Position numbers and translations under genes: made by a program. DNA of 57,616 nucleotides, the filler included, from Platydemus manokwari (lineage: Eukaryota), in NCBI GenBank assembly GCA_037951405.1. It is 5 parts of 5 records of this genome, joined end to end, with 100 filler letters (N's around TTAATTAATTAA, not from the genome) between each part and the next. Parts side by side here need not be neighbours in the genome. Positions count along the whole stretch, not along the records: positions 1 to 12,916 come from JBBMOY011909163.1; positions 13,017 to 25,036 come from JBBMOY010343336.1; positions 25,137 to 35,367 come from JBBMOY011155994.1; 2 more parts are not named here. The stretch is one strand, 5' to 3'. The notes beneath the pieces were generated by a model, which was not told the origin of the DNA, searched no databases, and was given only the letters and a program-made list of their open reading frames with translations. Below are positions 12,129 to 25,362 of this stretch, in pieces (within the stretch, counting starts at the first letter, position 1; each line of letters starts with the position of its first letter).

Positions 12129-12511
12129 TTAAAACACAGATTTCCAGGTCAATATATTAGAGTCCAATCCAATTGTGTATAATTGGTAATAACTCATATT
12201 CCATAAACAAGAGGTAATCTGCAAAAAGGAATTCAAATATTAACAGATAAATCAATCATTAAAATAACATGATCGAAATGCATTGATTGAAAATGTGTTG
12301 TTGTGCCATCATCTACATCCAAACGAATAATATCTAGATTTGATGGAATCCATATTTTTTTATAATTTGAGTAACCAGTCCAGCAGAATCTAACATGTCT
12401 CGGTATCTTGGTAGTATCAAATAATTTACCAAAATTCAAATCCAATAACTTTGCTTTATACGAATAAAGATCCCAAATATTGACACGACCGTCATTGCCC
12501 AAAGTTGCTAT
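12129..12511 (-). CDS. ERCC8: DNA excision repair protein ERCC-8/CSA, last two exons (12511-12269, 12218-12129)
   Basis: Spliced across a 50-nt GT-AG intron: IATLGNDGRVNIWDLY...LNFGKLF...IWIPS...HFDH|ITSCLWNMSYYQLYTIGLDSNILTWKSVF*. This matches the final WD40 repeats of CSA. The 5' part was not resolved before the gap. Confidence 0.72.
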
Positions 12512-12916
12512 CTGAAATTAAATCCTTTTTAAATTTCACAAACTATTTCATCACTGAATATTTTCCAAATTTCAATGTCAATTTTGATTTGTTGAGCAAA
12601 TAATTATTATAGTTGAGTTAATAATTATTATTTATAAAACGATTCATGTTTTTAACTCATTTCCTATGGATTTAGGAGTTAAAGACAAATGAATTTTCGA
12701 ATCATTTAAAAATAAATAAAAATAAGAGCCTTGAACATAAATACTGTAAAATCCCAAGTATAAGCTGCAGAAGTATTTTTTAGTCGTATAAACTACAGCA
12801 CGTTTAGCTACACCATTTGCGTTAAAAACACATGATTTGAAAATCAGCAACCTATCATTAAAAAACAAATTTCACCGTGACAATAACCATTTTCTTTTAA
12901 TCGTTTATATTGTTTA

Positions 12917-13016
12917 NNNNNNNNNNNNNNNNNNNNNNNNNNNNNNNNNNNNNNNNNNNNTTAATTAATTAANNNNNNNNNNNNNNNNNNNNNNNNNNNN
13001 NNNNNNNNNNNNNNNN
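12917..13016. other. Artificial assembly spacer
   Basis: N44-TTAATTAATTAA-N44; the 12-mer gives stops in all six frames; identical at four sites. Confidence 0.97.
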
Positions 13017-14099
13017 CAAGCTTTTCAAAAATTTGTTACATTTAACAACGCTTGAATGATCAAGCTCTAAAAATAGTAACTGCATAAAAAACATATGAAT
13101 AAAAAATTAATACTTTTATACACAAAATTGTTACACTAAAAACAAATGCCATCAGACATGACTGTCGATTGTCAAGAATTGTTACTTTTGTTTCGGCTGA
13201 ATCTTTTTCATTTCCTCAACACTTATACAACAAAATCCTATGACATTTTCCTTTACAAATTCAAGAATAGTGACGGTTGATAATTTTTTAAAAAGACATA
13301 TCTGACTCAAAGTTCGATATTAGGAAATTACAGAGAATATATTATTGACCAGTGGTCTATAAAACTATGCTTACTGATAATGGTTGCAAACTCATAGCGC
13401 ATAAAACAAATGATCGTAGATGTTGTAATTTTTTGCTATTCAAAATGATAGAGTTCTTCATAGTGGTTTCTTCAATTAATGAGCAGAGACCATTAATTAT
13501 TACCCCTATTTATACGATTACTTCGACTGGATGTTTAATCTTTCACAATATTTTTAAATGTAACAATGCATATCTAAAATTTCCCAAAGATTTCCACATA
13601 AAACGCTATAATTTTTACTCTCAAGGTGAAAGTATTTTCTTTTAATTTTAATGTTACAAAATCATATTTCTTTGAAATATAATTTATATCATTTTAATTT
13701 ATTAGTCGTCATCTTATTCAAGAAGAGATATTTTATAACTTTTATTATTAATAAGTCTTTATTTTTAATTATAAAAATAATTTTTTATTTCATTTGTCAA
13801 GCTTTTGTCAAAGGATATCATTAATTACAAAGCTGTTGTTACATTACGACTAAAATTCTGTTATAATATAAATATTAAAAAATATTACTTAGAAATTTTT
13901 CATACAAAAATATTAAAAAAAAATATTAAAAAACCATTATAAAAATATTTTTCATATCAGTGAATTATTACATTTGTTAATCATTTATAAGTCAATTTTC
14001 GATATCACCAACATTAATATCATCATCATTTAACCAATTTTCCCATTCAATAACAAAGTATTAGACAATCAAATGTTGTTTTTGGCTTCAGATTCTTTT

Positions 14100-16796
14100 T
14101 CGTAAATGAGTTAGGTCTACCTGCTGTAGAACATAACACATTATTGTTAGATTCTATCTTGGTAACTCCAAAAAGATAGTGGTGGAACACTAAGCTATAT
14201 TTTTATAATAATTTACAACTTTTCCAGTAAAAGGATATAACTAAGGGTCTAACCATTATTAAAGTTTAATTACAATCACGGATCAAGTCCGCCTACCAAA
14301 CTGAAATATTGGCCGATGAGCTACTCTCAGCTTATACTACATTACCAGGGTGCGTAATTAAATTACGGGCGCTCTACACTATCGCCTTTATACCTTTACT
14401 GATATTACACAATATAATTCTAATATACCTTAACACCAGCGATGTGTTTCGGGTTCGTTTGTTTATTTTTTTACTTCTATTTATCAATCTCTCAAGCTAT
14501 TTTAATATTGGGAAAGATCACAGTCGATTTTATCAATCTCATATGGTTCTATTACAAACCTAAGGTACAATCTAGTAAACCTTATTGTTAATGTTTATCT
14601 TAGCTTCCTTTTACGAACAATAAGAATGTCACAAAAAATTACGACGACAAGCACAATAAGGAAATCCCAGCTGACTTTACTATTTTATGCCACTGTGGTT
14701 ATTCAGGTAACGCTATAGGTTTTAAAATTCATAATGACGAACATTCAAATCACATCTAAAGACCTCTCCGCTCAATGAATATTAAGTTCTGTCATTGAAG
14801 CTTTTATTAATTATAAAAATCCCAACCTACTGAATATATTTTTTATTAAACCACAACCTACCAGTGCCATTTTAAAACAGGATTGTAGGACTTTTTATAG
14901 AACATTCCCATTCCCCCACTTAGCATCGTTGAAAATAGCATTTTGGCTAATCCACTGGAACTTATATATCGTCAACTTAATTAAAAAAGGATCATTTTCA
15001 TAGACCCAGCTACTTTTTTTCTGAGTGAGGCTCAAAATCTTTTATGGACTGCTCTAGATAATTTATTTTATAATTTAACTTCAATTAATTTAAATATTTT
15101 TATTAAATCAAAAACTAATACCTGACTTACTTAAACAAATTAATAATACGAACTATGGTTTATTCATTATACGACACTTTATAGACTACTGTGCACAGCT
15201 GAGTGACTTTATTCTGCCTATTGATCGATTTTATTTAATATCTTCTAAAATTGAAAACCCTTTAAGTATACGTTCGACCAATTTATCAACACTAGATTAC
15301 GCTGACGATATAGTGATATTGGCTAATAATGGTGAAATTTCGAATCTAGGCTTAATCATATATTTCATTTATCATCATTAATTAATTTAAAATTTAATGC
15401 CCATAAATGTGGTTATTACACTAATATTGTTAAAAATCGTATAAATATGTGCCTTGAAGATGAAATAATACCAGTAGTAGATGAACAAAATTTATATAAA
15501 TACTTAAGAGTACCCTTCGGATTGCCCAAACGCATCCCAATTAAAAATATTTTGGATAATGCCCTAAAAGATTTTGAAATAATATCTAAATCACGATTAC
15601 ACTCATCCCAAAAATTTCAAGCGTATAATATCTTTTTGTACTCTAGATTACCCTTCCATTTTAGAATTCAACAAATTGAAACCTCCCAATTAGATTCCCG
15701 AACTTTAATTAATAATGATAGCGAGTCTAAATCACAATCATACGATAAAAAGATAAGAACTATACCCAGGGAAATTTTAAATATGAATGGGTCAAAATCA
15801 ACTAATATTCCTTTTTTCTATTTTCCTCGTAAGTTATGGGGAGTTGGCTTGACTCCAGCCTTATTAGAATATTGTATACAAAGCATTGTTTGTGCTTTTA
15901 GATTTTTAATCAGTTTAGATTTAATTTTTAGACAATTTATTATTAATCATTTCCACTTTATTATTAATAAACGACTTGACCCATCTCACCTAATTAATAT
16001 CAATACTATTTTATTTTGGTTAAATGACAAAATTAAATCATCACATCACTCTTCATCAACATGGTGGACTAAGACTAGATTAGCGATTAGGAAATTAAGA
16101 AAATATAATATCGATATTAATTTTATAAATAATGAAGACGAATTAATAATTAAAGTAAATACGAGTATTAATCAAACATACATTTTTAATATAGCTAATA
16201 AGAATAAAATTTCAGACATATTACATGATGCATGCCAAATGGAATACTTTAATAACTGGAAATTATGAAATAAGCAGGGTAGACTATTCCATTGTTTTTC
16301 AGCTTCTCTTACATCCCAAAAACCTTTAAATAATTGCCACTTATCTCCGGAAGTTTGGATTTTTGCTCACTGGACACGAAATAATCTATTATTATTAAAT
16401 TATTCACCGTATTTTCTTAAATTTAATAAATCTATTATATGCCGTATGTGTAATGTTGAACCCGAGACTGACGCTCATATTTTTAACCACTGTCCAGCAA
16501 TACCAGGGAAATGTAAAAAGAGACATGATATGGTCCTAGAAACTATAGCCAAATACTTGCAACCATTAGAGATCGATACCAATATTTATACAATCCAAGT
16601 CGAAATGATAACCAAACTCCACCCTGACTTAATTATTCGAAATAACTCTAAAATACATACTTTTATCATTGACATAAAATTGACTTATGATATAGATACT
16701 AATTTTAATTTACATAGCTCACTTAATTATGAGAAATATAAGCCATTAACACAACAGATTGTCACCACTAATAAACATCGAACAACATTAGATGTA
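14100..16796 (+). mobile_element. Degenerate non-LTR retrotransposon with restriction-like endonuclease (NeSL/Utopia-like group)
   Basis: RT remnants: PTKLKYW-PMS at ~14295, LDYADDIVILA at ~15292-15325, YKYLRVPFG. Then GVGL, KQGR..C..W.FAH.TRNN, a CCHC knuckle CRMCNVEPETDAHIFNHC, RHD and PDL...DIK...KY. Many stops and frameshifts. Confidence 0.88.
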
Positions 16797-16973
16797 AGTA
16801 GTGAGTAAATGACTAGTTAAATCCATCACCCCCGACCCAAGAAATCATTAACAATAAAACTCTCAATTTTTCTATCCCCCATACCCGACCCAACCCCAAA
16901 ATTGCACATTTTGCAATCAATCAATTTTAAAAACAATATAAAGGGATTTAACTAACCATTTACTCACTACTTA
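16795..16973. mobile_element. MITE with 30-bp terminal inverted repeats, truncating the RLE element
   Basis: 16795-16824 TAAGTAGTGAGTAAATGACTAGTTAAATCC vs 16944-16973 GGATTTAACTAACCATTTACTCACTACTTA (28/30 inverted match). The outer TA may be the TSD. Confidence 0.8.
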
Positions 16974-17704
16974 TTCGAAAATAAAATATTATTACAAAAG
17001 AAATAAATACAAATAAAATATCAAAAGTTGATGGTAATAAAATTACTGAAAACCAGTTATTAAATGCTATAAATGATTTTCCACAAATGTTAGAAGATTT
17101 ACTAAAGACAATTGGAATAGTAAATTGCTTCAAATCGCTACATAATATTTTAATTCCCCGTGGATTTCCAGAATATTAACTATTTCTTTTAACTATAGAA
17201 TTTTATTGCTAAGGATATTGAAAATTCATTATCAATAATATTTAAACTCTTTCCCATAAATATTATTCCCCTTTAATATTATTTATAACTTCCCTTTTTG
17301 CTGCCATTTCAAATTGATACAAAGGACAGCATAACAAAAGTATCGAAAAATAATTAATACATCGCCTTATCATTCGGTCGATGTTACTTAAAATATATCG
17401 ATACATCCCAATGTATCAAACCTGACTTTTTAACCGTATCCATAAAAATGGTTTCATAACTTTCGTTACATATCCTAATTAACCCTATTATTACTATAAC
17501 ATTTTCTTATAAAACTTGGTTTAGATTACTTTTATACATTTATAAACACTTTGGTTACTTTGCTACAGAAATAAAACACAGAAATAAAATAATAAGAAAA
17601 GTATTATTCACACTTAAAATTATTAATTGTTAACGTGCCAATGTTTAGGCCCGATCCCCAACACTTATATAATTGATGCAGTTCGATGCTAGTAGTATAA
17701 GTAC

Positions 17705-18755
17705 GCGCCAATCAAAGAAATTTATTTGAAAATATCTGATTGGCTGCTGAGTCATGTGCCTATACTGCTTATGTAAAAGTGTTTATTCTTTTGTAAGCTC
17801 TCGAAATGGTTTTTGATTAGAATTTTTAGTTCGTTTTGTCTCACATTTCACGGTAATAAAAATTAGTACGAGAAGCAAAACAAGCCTGAAGTAACAGTAA
17901 AACATTATCAATCGACAAATTGTTTCACAAGAACTGTAAGTATGAGGACGATGGTATTAAATTTTGGTATTGGTTATATATTAATCGTAGCTCAGTCTAT
18001 TTATGACAATGACTATTTCTTTTCCTTTAACAATGCCTTCTTGCAAAATCATTAGGCATATCCATAGATTACAGCTATAGTAGGGGCGTATAATCTCTTA
18101 ATCGATTTTCAATTTAATAGCTATTCTATTAAGTGACTTCTCTTAGTTTTAAGGGTTTGATAAAAAAAATTGATTTGAAAATCAAGAGATGAATTCTCGG
18201 AATTGTGTTACAAAATAAATTAAAATTTAATTTAACATTAGATCACGAACAATGACGAATTCTTGAAATAGAGAATTACAAATAAAAAATGGGTTTTACG
18301 ACTTCAGGAATTTCTCATTTATATCTTATCAAGTAAAGTTTTCATCATGCAATTTAATACTAGTAGGTTTCTATATGTATGCACCAATCATTGTCCAATC
18401 ATAAAAATTTTATTTGAAAATATTTGATTGGCTGCTGAGTCATGTGACTATAGTGCTTATGTAGTGCTTATTCTTTTGCAAGCTCTTGAAATGGTTTTTG
18501 ATCAGAATTTGTAGTCCATTTTGTCTCACATTTCACGGTAATAAACATTAGTACAGCTAAAATTGATTTGATAAATTGAAAATCAATAGATGAATTCTCG
18601 GAATTGTGTTACAAATTAAATTAAAATTTTATTCAACAATAGGTTAATAAATGTCGCGAAAAATGACGAATTCTTGAAATAGAGAATTACAAATAAAAAA
18701 GTAATTTTTACGACTTCCGGAATTTTTCATGTAAATCTTATCAAGTAAAGTTTTC
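17705..18755 (+). repeat. Diverged tandem duplication of a ~360-bp unit (copy 1 ~17705-18345 with an extra ~300 bp; copy 2 ~18394-18755)
   Basis: Shared blocks TGATTGGCTGCTGAGTCATGTG, TTTTGTCTCACATTTCACGGTAATAAA, GATGAATTCTCGGAATTGTGTTACAAA and ATCTTATCAAGTAAAGTTTTC occur in both copies. Confidence 0.9.
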
Positions 18756-20699
18756 GTATTGTTTTATTGATATTTTGTTATGAATTTACATACGGACGAT
18801 TGATTAATTGCTGTCTGAACTCTTTTGCAATCTCACAATAGATTAGCTGGATGTTATTAGAATTAAACGTTAGTGAAGCACTGGTGTCGTTTACCCGTTT
18901 GTTGAGTTTTGCTAAAATCCATCAAATTGTTTATGTTCACCTGGAAACTATTTCGAACTTTGTTCCAACATTATTGTACTTGAATCTGAGAACAATGTAT
19001 GTGAATTTGTCTTTTAAACATACAAAGTTTTAACATTGCTTGACCATTACGTAAATGAATTACAACTTTATTCATTTGGCATAAATTTTTATACTGTGCT
19101 GTGAAAATTGCTGATTTTTTCGACCTTTATTAAGGAATAGGAATTGTATTTTAACTACTTTCGTAAATTTTTATTCGATTTTTATCATGATTATAATTTG
19201 TATTTAATTTTTAATAATATTTATAATTAAAACTGGCCAATTTCAGTTTAGGTTGCATTGGAATCCTCAAACTTAAACGTGTACTATCATTAAGTATATG
19301 TATCCATATAGGCAAAGTATCCAAGATTATTTCGAGTTGAAAGACTCGGTATTTGACTCAAGCAAGAACCCGAATAATGTTTGGTAATGTTCCATATATT
19401 ATTTCCATAGCAACCGAATATTAACTGGGAACAAATAAAATTGATAATAAAATAAATAAAATCAACAGAAAAATTCGACGAAAAATTTAAATAACAGCAA
19501 TATTGTCGAATATTAATATCGCAAACCAATTTTATAATGTCATTTTATATTGAATTCTTCATAAAATACCAACAAATATCAAGATAAACGATAAATTCTT
19601 GAAGAGACACAATAAATATATAAATCATATCACAAATACTGGACTGCTTGAAATACATTTACCATTACTGATGCCATCAAGTGCAATCATCATACAAGAA
19701 CAGTAAAATAAAAAAAAATCAATAACATTCTATCAGACTTTGTGAATACATTTTTGTCCGCTGTCGTCATCAGGCACTGTTTAATATGTTATTTGATTTA
19801 TAAAATCCCAAGGAAAAATTTATCTTTTTTCCACTGATAATTTCCCATCAATAACCACTGTGCAATCAATCAGCTTTTCATGCCGCTTTTTCAATAAATT
19901 CAATGTTATAAAATTTTAATATTGCCAACATTTTTCCCTTCGTTTTTTCCTATCCTCGAAATCGATGACGAAATTCGTGATATAAAAATAATGACAAATC
20001 CTAAACTCAATATTTAAAAAAACAGAAAAAAACAAAGAAAGAAATTGAAATAATGAATGATTTACCGAAACCAATTGATGGACAAATTGATATTATATTG
20101 TTATTGGTAAGCACAACAGAGTTGTCATAAGAAATTGATGAATTATTTTTATGTATACTTATCAATACAGATCTATTTTTATGATATTAAACAAGCCAGG
20201 TCCTGAGCGAGAAAAAATGTCAATAGCAAAATATCAATTCAACAATTGAATCGAAACAATTGATCTCAACAACCAATAAAATCTCACGTGACAACATTGC
20301 AACGTAATAATATCATTTTAAGTTTATCAAATATCAATAAAATTTATTGCACAGAAAGAAATATTTTTACAAGCAAATTCATTAGCAAATATACATATTT
20401 TACAGATATTTTTTCCAATGTTCAGTTAAAATCAATAATAAAATCTCAGGCACAATATCGGTGACAGTTTCTTTTACAAATCTAAAAACAATTTATCAAT
20501 CAATAAAATATCTGTTTAATTTCAAATATCAATAAAAATTGATAACGAGAATATTAATTATAGGAAATCGATAATAATATTTTACATTTAAAACATGATA
20601 AATCAATAATATCTAATTGAAAATCAATAAATTGTGAAAATAATGATTAAAATTCTCAAATCAATACAAACGTACCTGGATTGCATAATACGAGGACAC

Positions 20700-23600
20700 T
20701 TAAGTGGATTCGGTTGGATTTAATTTGTACAACTGTTGTATTGGTGTTTTGAATTTTTTCAACAACTCTTGAATTTCGATCATTTTGTTTTCATTGGCTG
20801 AATTTTTGCCATCGAGAATTATCGATGCAAAACTTAAAGCGTTCAATCCATCACTATCTTTGATTGTTGTATCTACTCCGCTCTAAAATCCAATCAGTTT
20901 TTCAGTAACCATTTCCATCAAAACAATTCATTCAATACCCAGAGCAATAATTGGACGGCAACGATATCGGCAACACGGGCTGCAATCATCAGAGCAGTTC
21001 GACTATCTTTCACATCGTACGATAGATTTAATTGATCTTTCGTAGAATTCATCAGACAAATAAGCTGATAACGTCGATCGTTTTCTTGAATCGCAAAAAT
21101 AAGCTGCTTTTGTATGTCATCTTGAGGTAATGGTAATGGTGGAATATATTTCCTCAAAACATATTTCTTGTGCAGCCATTCATCGACTGAATTTCCATCT
21201 GGTGTCGGCCTGGTAGAGTAAAAGTAATGTTTATAAATAAAATGAAAAAATACGGTATAAAATAATATTTATAATTATTAACAATCACTATAATTTAATA
21301 TGCATAACTACTGATTGTTAAATAATAATAATAATATATAATGTAATAATAATTATATATGAATAGTTGTAGATGTATTCATTTGAATGTAAATGCAGAG
21401 TTGCCTGCCAAAACGGAAGCGTTATGCACTAACAGAGACAGACACACACACACACTGATACCATTGTGGAATGCGAGAAATGTGCTCATTATCAATATTA
21501 ATCAATAATATAATAGATAAACAATAGAATGAATAGCAGAAAAGTGCGAAAATACTCTCATTTTAAAAATCAGATAATTGTGTTAATCAATAATAATAGT
21601 GCTATACTAATAAATTGTATTAATAGATCAATATATTGATTTATTGAAACAAAAGTGCTAAATATCAAATAGTAGTGTAAAAATGAAGATTAAATATTTA
21701 TCATTGAATTATCATTTCATTAAAAATGATCATTTTACATTGGAGAATCTTGAACATTGATATTTATACGAAATAAGGAATGATTATATCTAGAAATGAT
21801 TTCATTGCGATCTGTGATAAAGTGATTGCACTAATCCGATGTACTAAAATCCATATAAAAATCAATAAAACAGTTCAAATGGTGATGAGAATAATTCAAT
21901 ATGAAATAATGGTTGCTATGACAACACAAGCTAATTAGTACAATTTTCACTATAGTAACATTAATAAACAATAGCTTTTGAAACTAGATGACCATGGCAA
22001 CCAAGATTATTTAGTACTTGAATGAGCTAATGCAAAGCCAATCATTCTGGCGAAATGATGGCTGTTGCGTAATATGTTGCGACAACTCGACAGCAATTAA
22101 TATTACTTACTTCACATCGTCCGTGAGCGGTAGTTTCGCCTCCATAACCGAATTGAAAAGCGTATTTCCGAATACTTCGAGAATTTGAATGCGAATTTTG
22201 TCCATTCCATCAAGCTTCAACGAGCACACTTTGCTGATCTCCACGCCCAGGTTGCGATGACCACCTGAACAACGATCGCATACTAATATGCCCATATTGT
22301 AAACGAGCCAGTTTGGATTCTTCATTCCACATTCAGCACAATTATCATTTCCAAACTGCTTTCGAATCTTTATCAAGGCATCATCGACGAAATCTCCCAT
22401 GGTTTGCGTTTGAAATTTGTTATCAATTTTCGTCTGAGTGTAATGATGAAAAATGGCATCTGTGATTGTTGTCATCCATGTATTGCGTTCTTCTTCAGAA
22501 GAAGCTTTATAAACACGAGTAATGCATTGGTTTTTGCCATTGTGTGTGTTTATTTTAATGATTTTCTTTTCTATTTTTTTTTGTTTTAATAAAATTTAAA
22601 TCAATATTTTCCAATATTTTACCTTCATCGTCGTGCATCTTCTTTGAGGCACTTTCTACAAATAAAAATCAATGAATAACAAATACCATGAATATCAATA
22701 AAAATAAAGTTTGTGATTTCAATTTTAATATCATTTACTTGAAGCTCGTGAGAAATGTCCATTCTGTGAATGATTTCCAGGTACTTTGGCATTGGAGAAT
22801 TGTAAATCAATAATTTTCGGTGTTACATTATTCAAATAATCCTCAAATTGGTCAATGTGAGAACAAGTGTGAGTATATTTCACCAAATCTTACTTGCTTG
22901 GAGTTGTGATAGAACATTTTGGCATCTTTTGTTATGGTGACCCATTTCTTATTTCGGCCTTTATATAAAATGCCTTGCATAACAATGTTATCGTTCGGTA
23001 AAGAATTATCCTTTGCAGAATTCTATAGAGAATAATTAAAATGTTTTAAACGTAGAATAATATCTAGTGCGAATATAGGTTCGGGAAAAGTAAAATTAAA
23101 AAAATATTTCAGCATATAACTAACTCTCAAAACATCATGAATTAAATATTATATACATTCAAGCCATCACAAAAGTAGATATTGTTTGTCTTAGAATTGA
23201 AATCATATCAATTTAAGATTAATTTTTGGAGATTACATGCAAATTTTTTGTATTAAGATCAAAATTCTTTATCTAATTCTTAACAAAAGTGAGATACTAC
23301 TTCTGTATAAATTTAATAAGTAATATGCATAATAGGTCAGTGAATTTATTATTTATCTATTACGTGAACAAACTGTCTATGTTGTTGGTGTAATTTCAAT
23401 AATAATACTGATGAATTCATGTTTATTGTTTCCATTACGACACCTCATCAAGCTCGTTATTATAATATCATATTACATAAATTATTTATCATTTACGTCA
23501 TAATCAATACAGCGCACCTGCAGGGGATCAACAAGAGCACATTTTTTGATCATAATAATCATAAAAATAAAAGCGCACTCATTATATTATTGACGCAAAA

Positions 23601-24480
23601 TATACCAAATAACACTACCATATATTTAGATAATTAATTATAATTATTAAAAATCGGCAAAGCATTGCTGTTAAGACAACGCAATGTACAAATGATGTCA
23701 CATTGACACAACAGCAACAACACCACCAGAACCATCACCGTGATCTAATATTAGACATTATTAATACACTAATAAGTGAATGATGATTGGTGATATGAAA
23801 TGTTGCGATAGCGCACGCAATTTTGGAATTTACAAAGCAAAAATTGTGTCATGCAAAACTAACCCAATCATGGCAATTCATCCATGAAAGAATGTTACAA
23901 AACAAATTGCCATGGTTGGATTAATAGAATTCTGTTCACTACTATTACTATTATCATTATAATTATTAATTTCAATCGATTTTTATGTGCAAATTTGACA
24001 CCGTGATATAAAAACAATTAATTACAAACAAAAATCGTTAGTTGATTTCGTGAGAATTTTACTTACACCTTTCTTACGGTGGAAAATTCTCCATCTGGAT
24101 TTTTTGTTTGGTAATTGTATCATCGAGACGTATCGTCGATTAAGTTGTGGATACATCTAACGCCATCGATAATATGAGATTATTATAATGTTTACAAATC
24201 AAATACAATCATTATGTTTGCGATAATATTTAAATGGTTTACCTGATCTGAAATAGAGCTGCTTGATGAGAAAGAACTACTCGTTTCCACAGTTCCATTT
24301 GGACGAGGAAGAGATTTGTTTTTCGATTTGAAAAGCGTAAAAGATTGACGTCTCTAAAGAGAAATATATATGTATACGTAACGATCAAACGAAAATCGAT
24401 AAAGTTGATTAAATATTTCAAGATTTTCAATGTACTTAGCTCACCGATGAAATGATGTCAAGAGTAATTGAAAGTTGCAT
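20700..24480 (-). CDS. AGAP/centaurin-gamma-type ArfGAP with split PH domain and ankyrin repeats (multi-exon)
   Basis: Spliced exons give PH (VMQGILYKGRNKKWVTITKDAKMFYHNSKQ|DYLNNVTPKIIDLQFSNAKVPG...ASSEEERNTWMTTI), ArfGAP zinc finger CAECGMKNPNW...CDRCSGGHRNLG, and ankyrin RTALMIAARVADIVAVQLLLW|SGVD. Stop at 20700-20702. Confidence 0.88.
21912..22001. promoter_or_regulatory. Cluster of RFX X-box-like motifs in an AGAP intron
   Basis: GTTGCTATGACAAC at 21912-21925, CTATAGTAAC at 21950-21959 and CCATGGCAAC at 21992-22001. Confidence 0.45.
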
Positions 24481-25036
24481 GAGATAAAATGAATAAATAA
24501 TTAGCATAATTAACAAAACATATCTATAATTAGAATGATTTATATAAATATTATTAATACTCGTTACAGTGACAACAATTTTTTAAATTATAATGATTAT
24601 TATTTTCATAAAAATTGATCATATAACTAGTTATATTTCATAATAATTATAATTATAACACTAGAGATAAGATTATTAATAATATTGATAATATTGGCAC
24701 GGATTGTCTGACAATAATATGAGCTATTCTAAAATCACGTAGGAATTGTAATTCAAATACAAACTAATGTTTTATAAGAATTTTATCTGGAATGGAGTAA
24801 AGAGACTCAAATTCCGACTTGAACAATAATACGATCTTCTTGACCTTGATATGATTGTAACTGTATCAATTATAGATCAATAAATCATTATAAATGCTAC
24901 AAGAAACACATGCCATCTAGCAGGTATAGATGATGATCTTTATTAAAAAATAGGAAAAAATATTATTAAAAAATTATAATTATAAATAACGATAAAAATG
25001 AAAAAAATATAATTTATTATATGACATTATTTATTA

Positions 25037-25136
25037 NNNNNNNNNNNNNNNNNNNNNNNNNNNNNNNNNNNNNNNNNNNNTTAATTAATTAANNNNNNNN
25101 NNNNNNNNNNNNNNNNNNNNNNNNNNNNNNNNNNNN
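25037..25136. other. Artificial assembly spacer
   Basis: N44-TTAATTAATTAA-N44. Confidence 0.97.
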
Positions 25137-25362
25137 TGTTTAATATGCAATGAAATATTTTAAAATATTATTAAATGATAAAATAGGTAAAGGTTTCTAA
25201 AATTAACTGAGTTTCGAGAAAAGCAGTTTAAGATAAAAATTTAAAAATCTTGTTGAAAATGCGACCCACCAAAATTTCATTTTTAATGTATGTCTGTGTG
25301 ATGAGCATTCCTTAATTGCAGATTTTCGACAATACCGTTATTTTATCAATAATATTGTTCAG

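Noticed and set aside
17984-18000. GTAGCTCAGT tRNA A-box-like motif
   Set aside because: No B-box or cloverleaf follows; no tRNA, rRNA, snRNA or SL RNA gene recognised in the window.
23408-23440. Other CTGA(T/C)GA boxes (23408, 40089, and 46720/46770 on the - strand)
   Set aside because: No correctly placed GAAA or closing helices.
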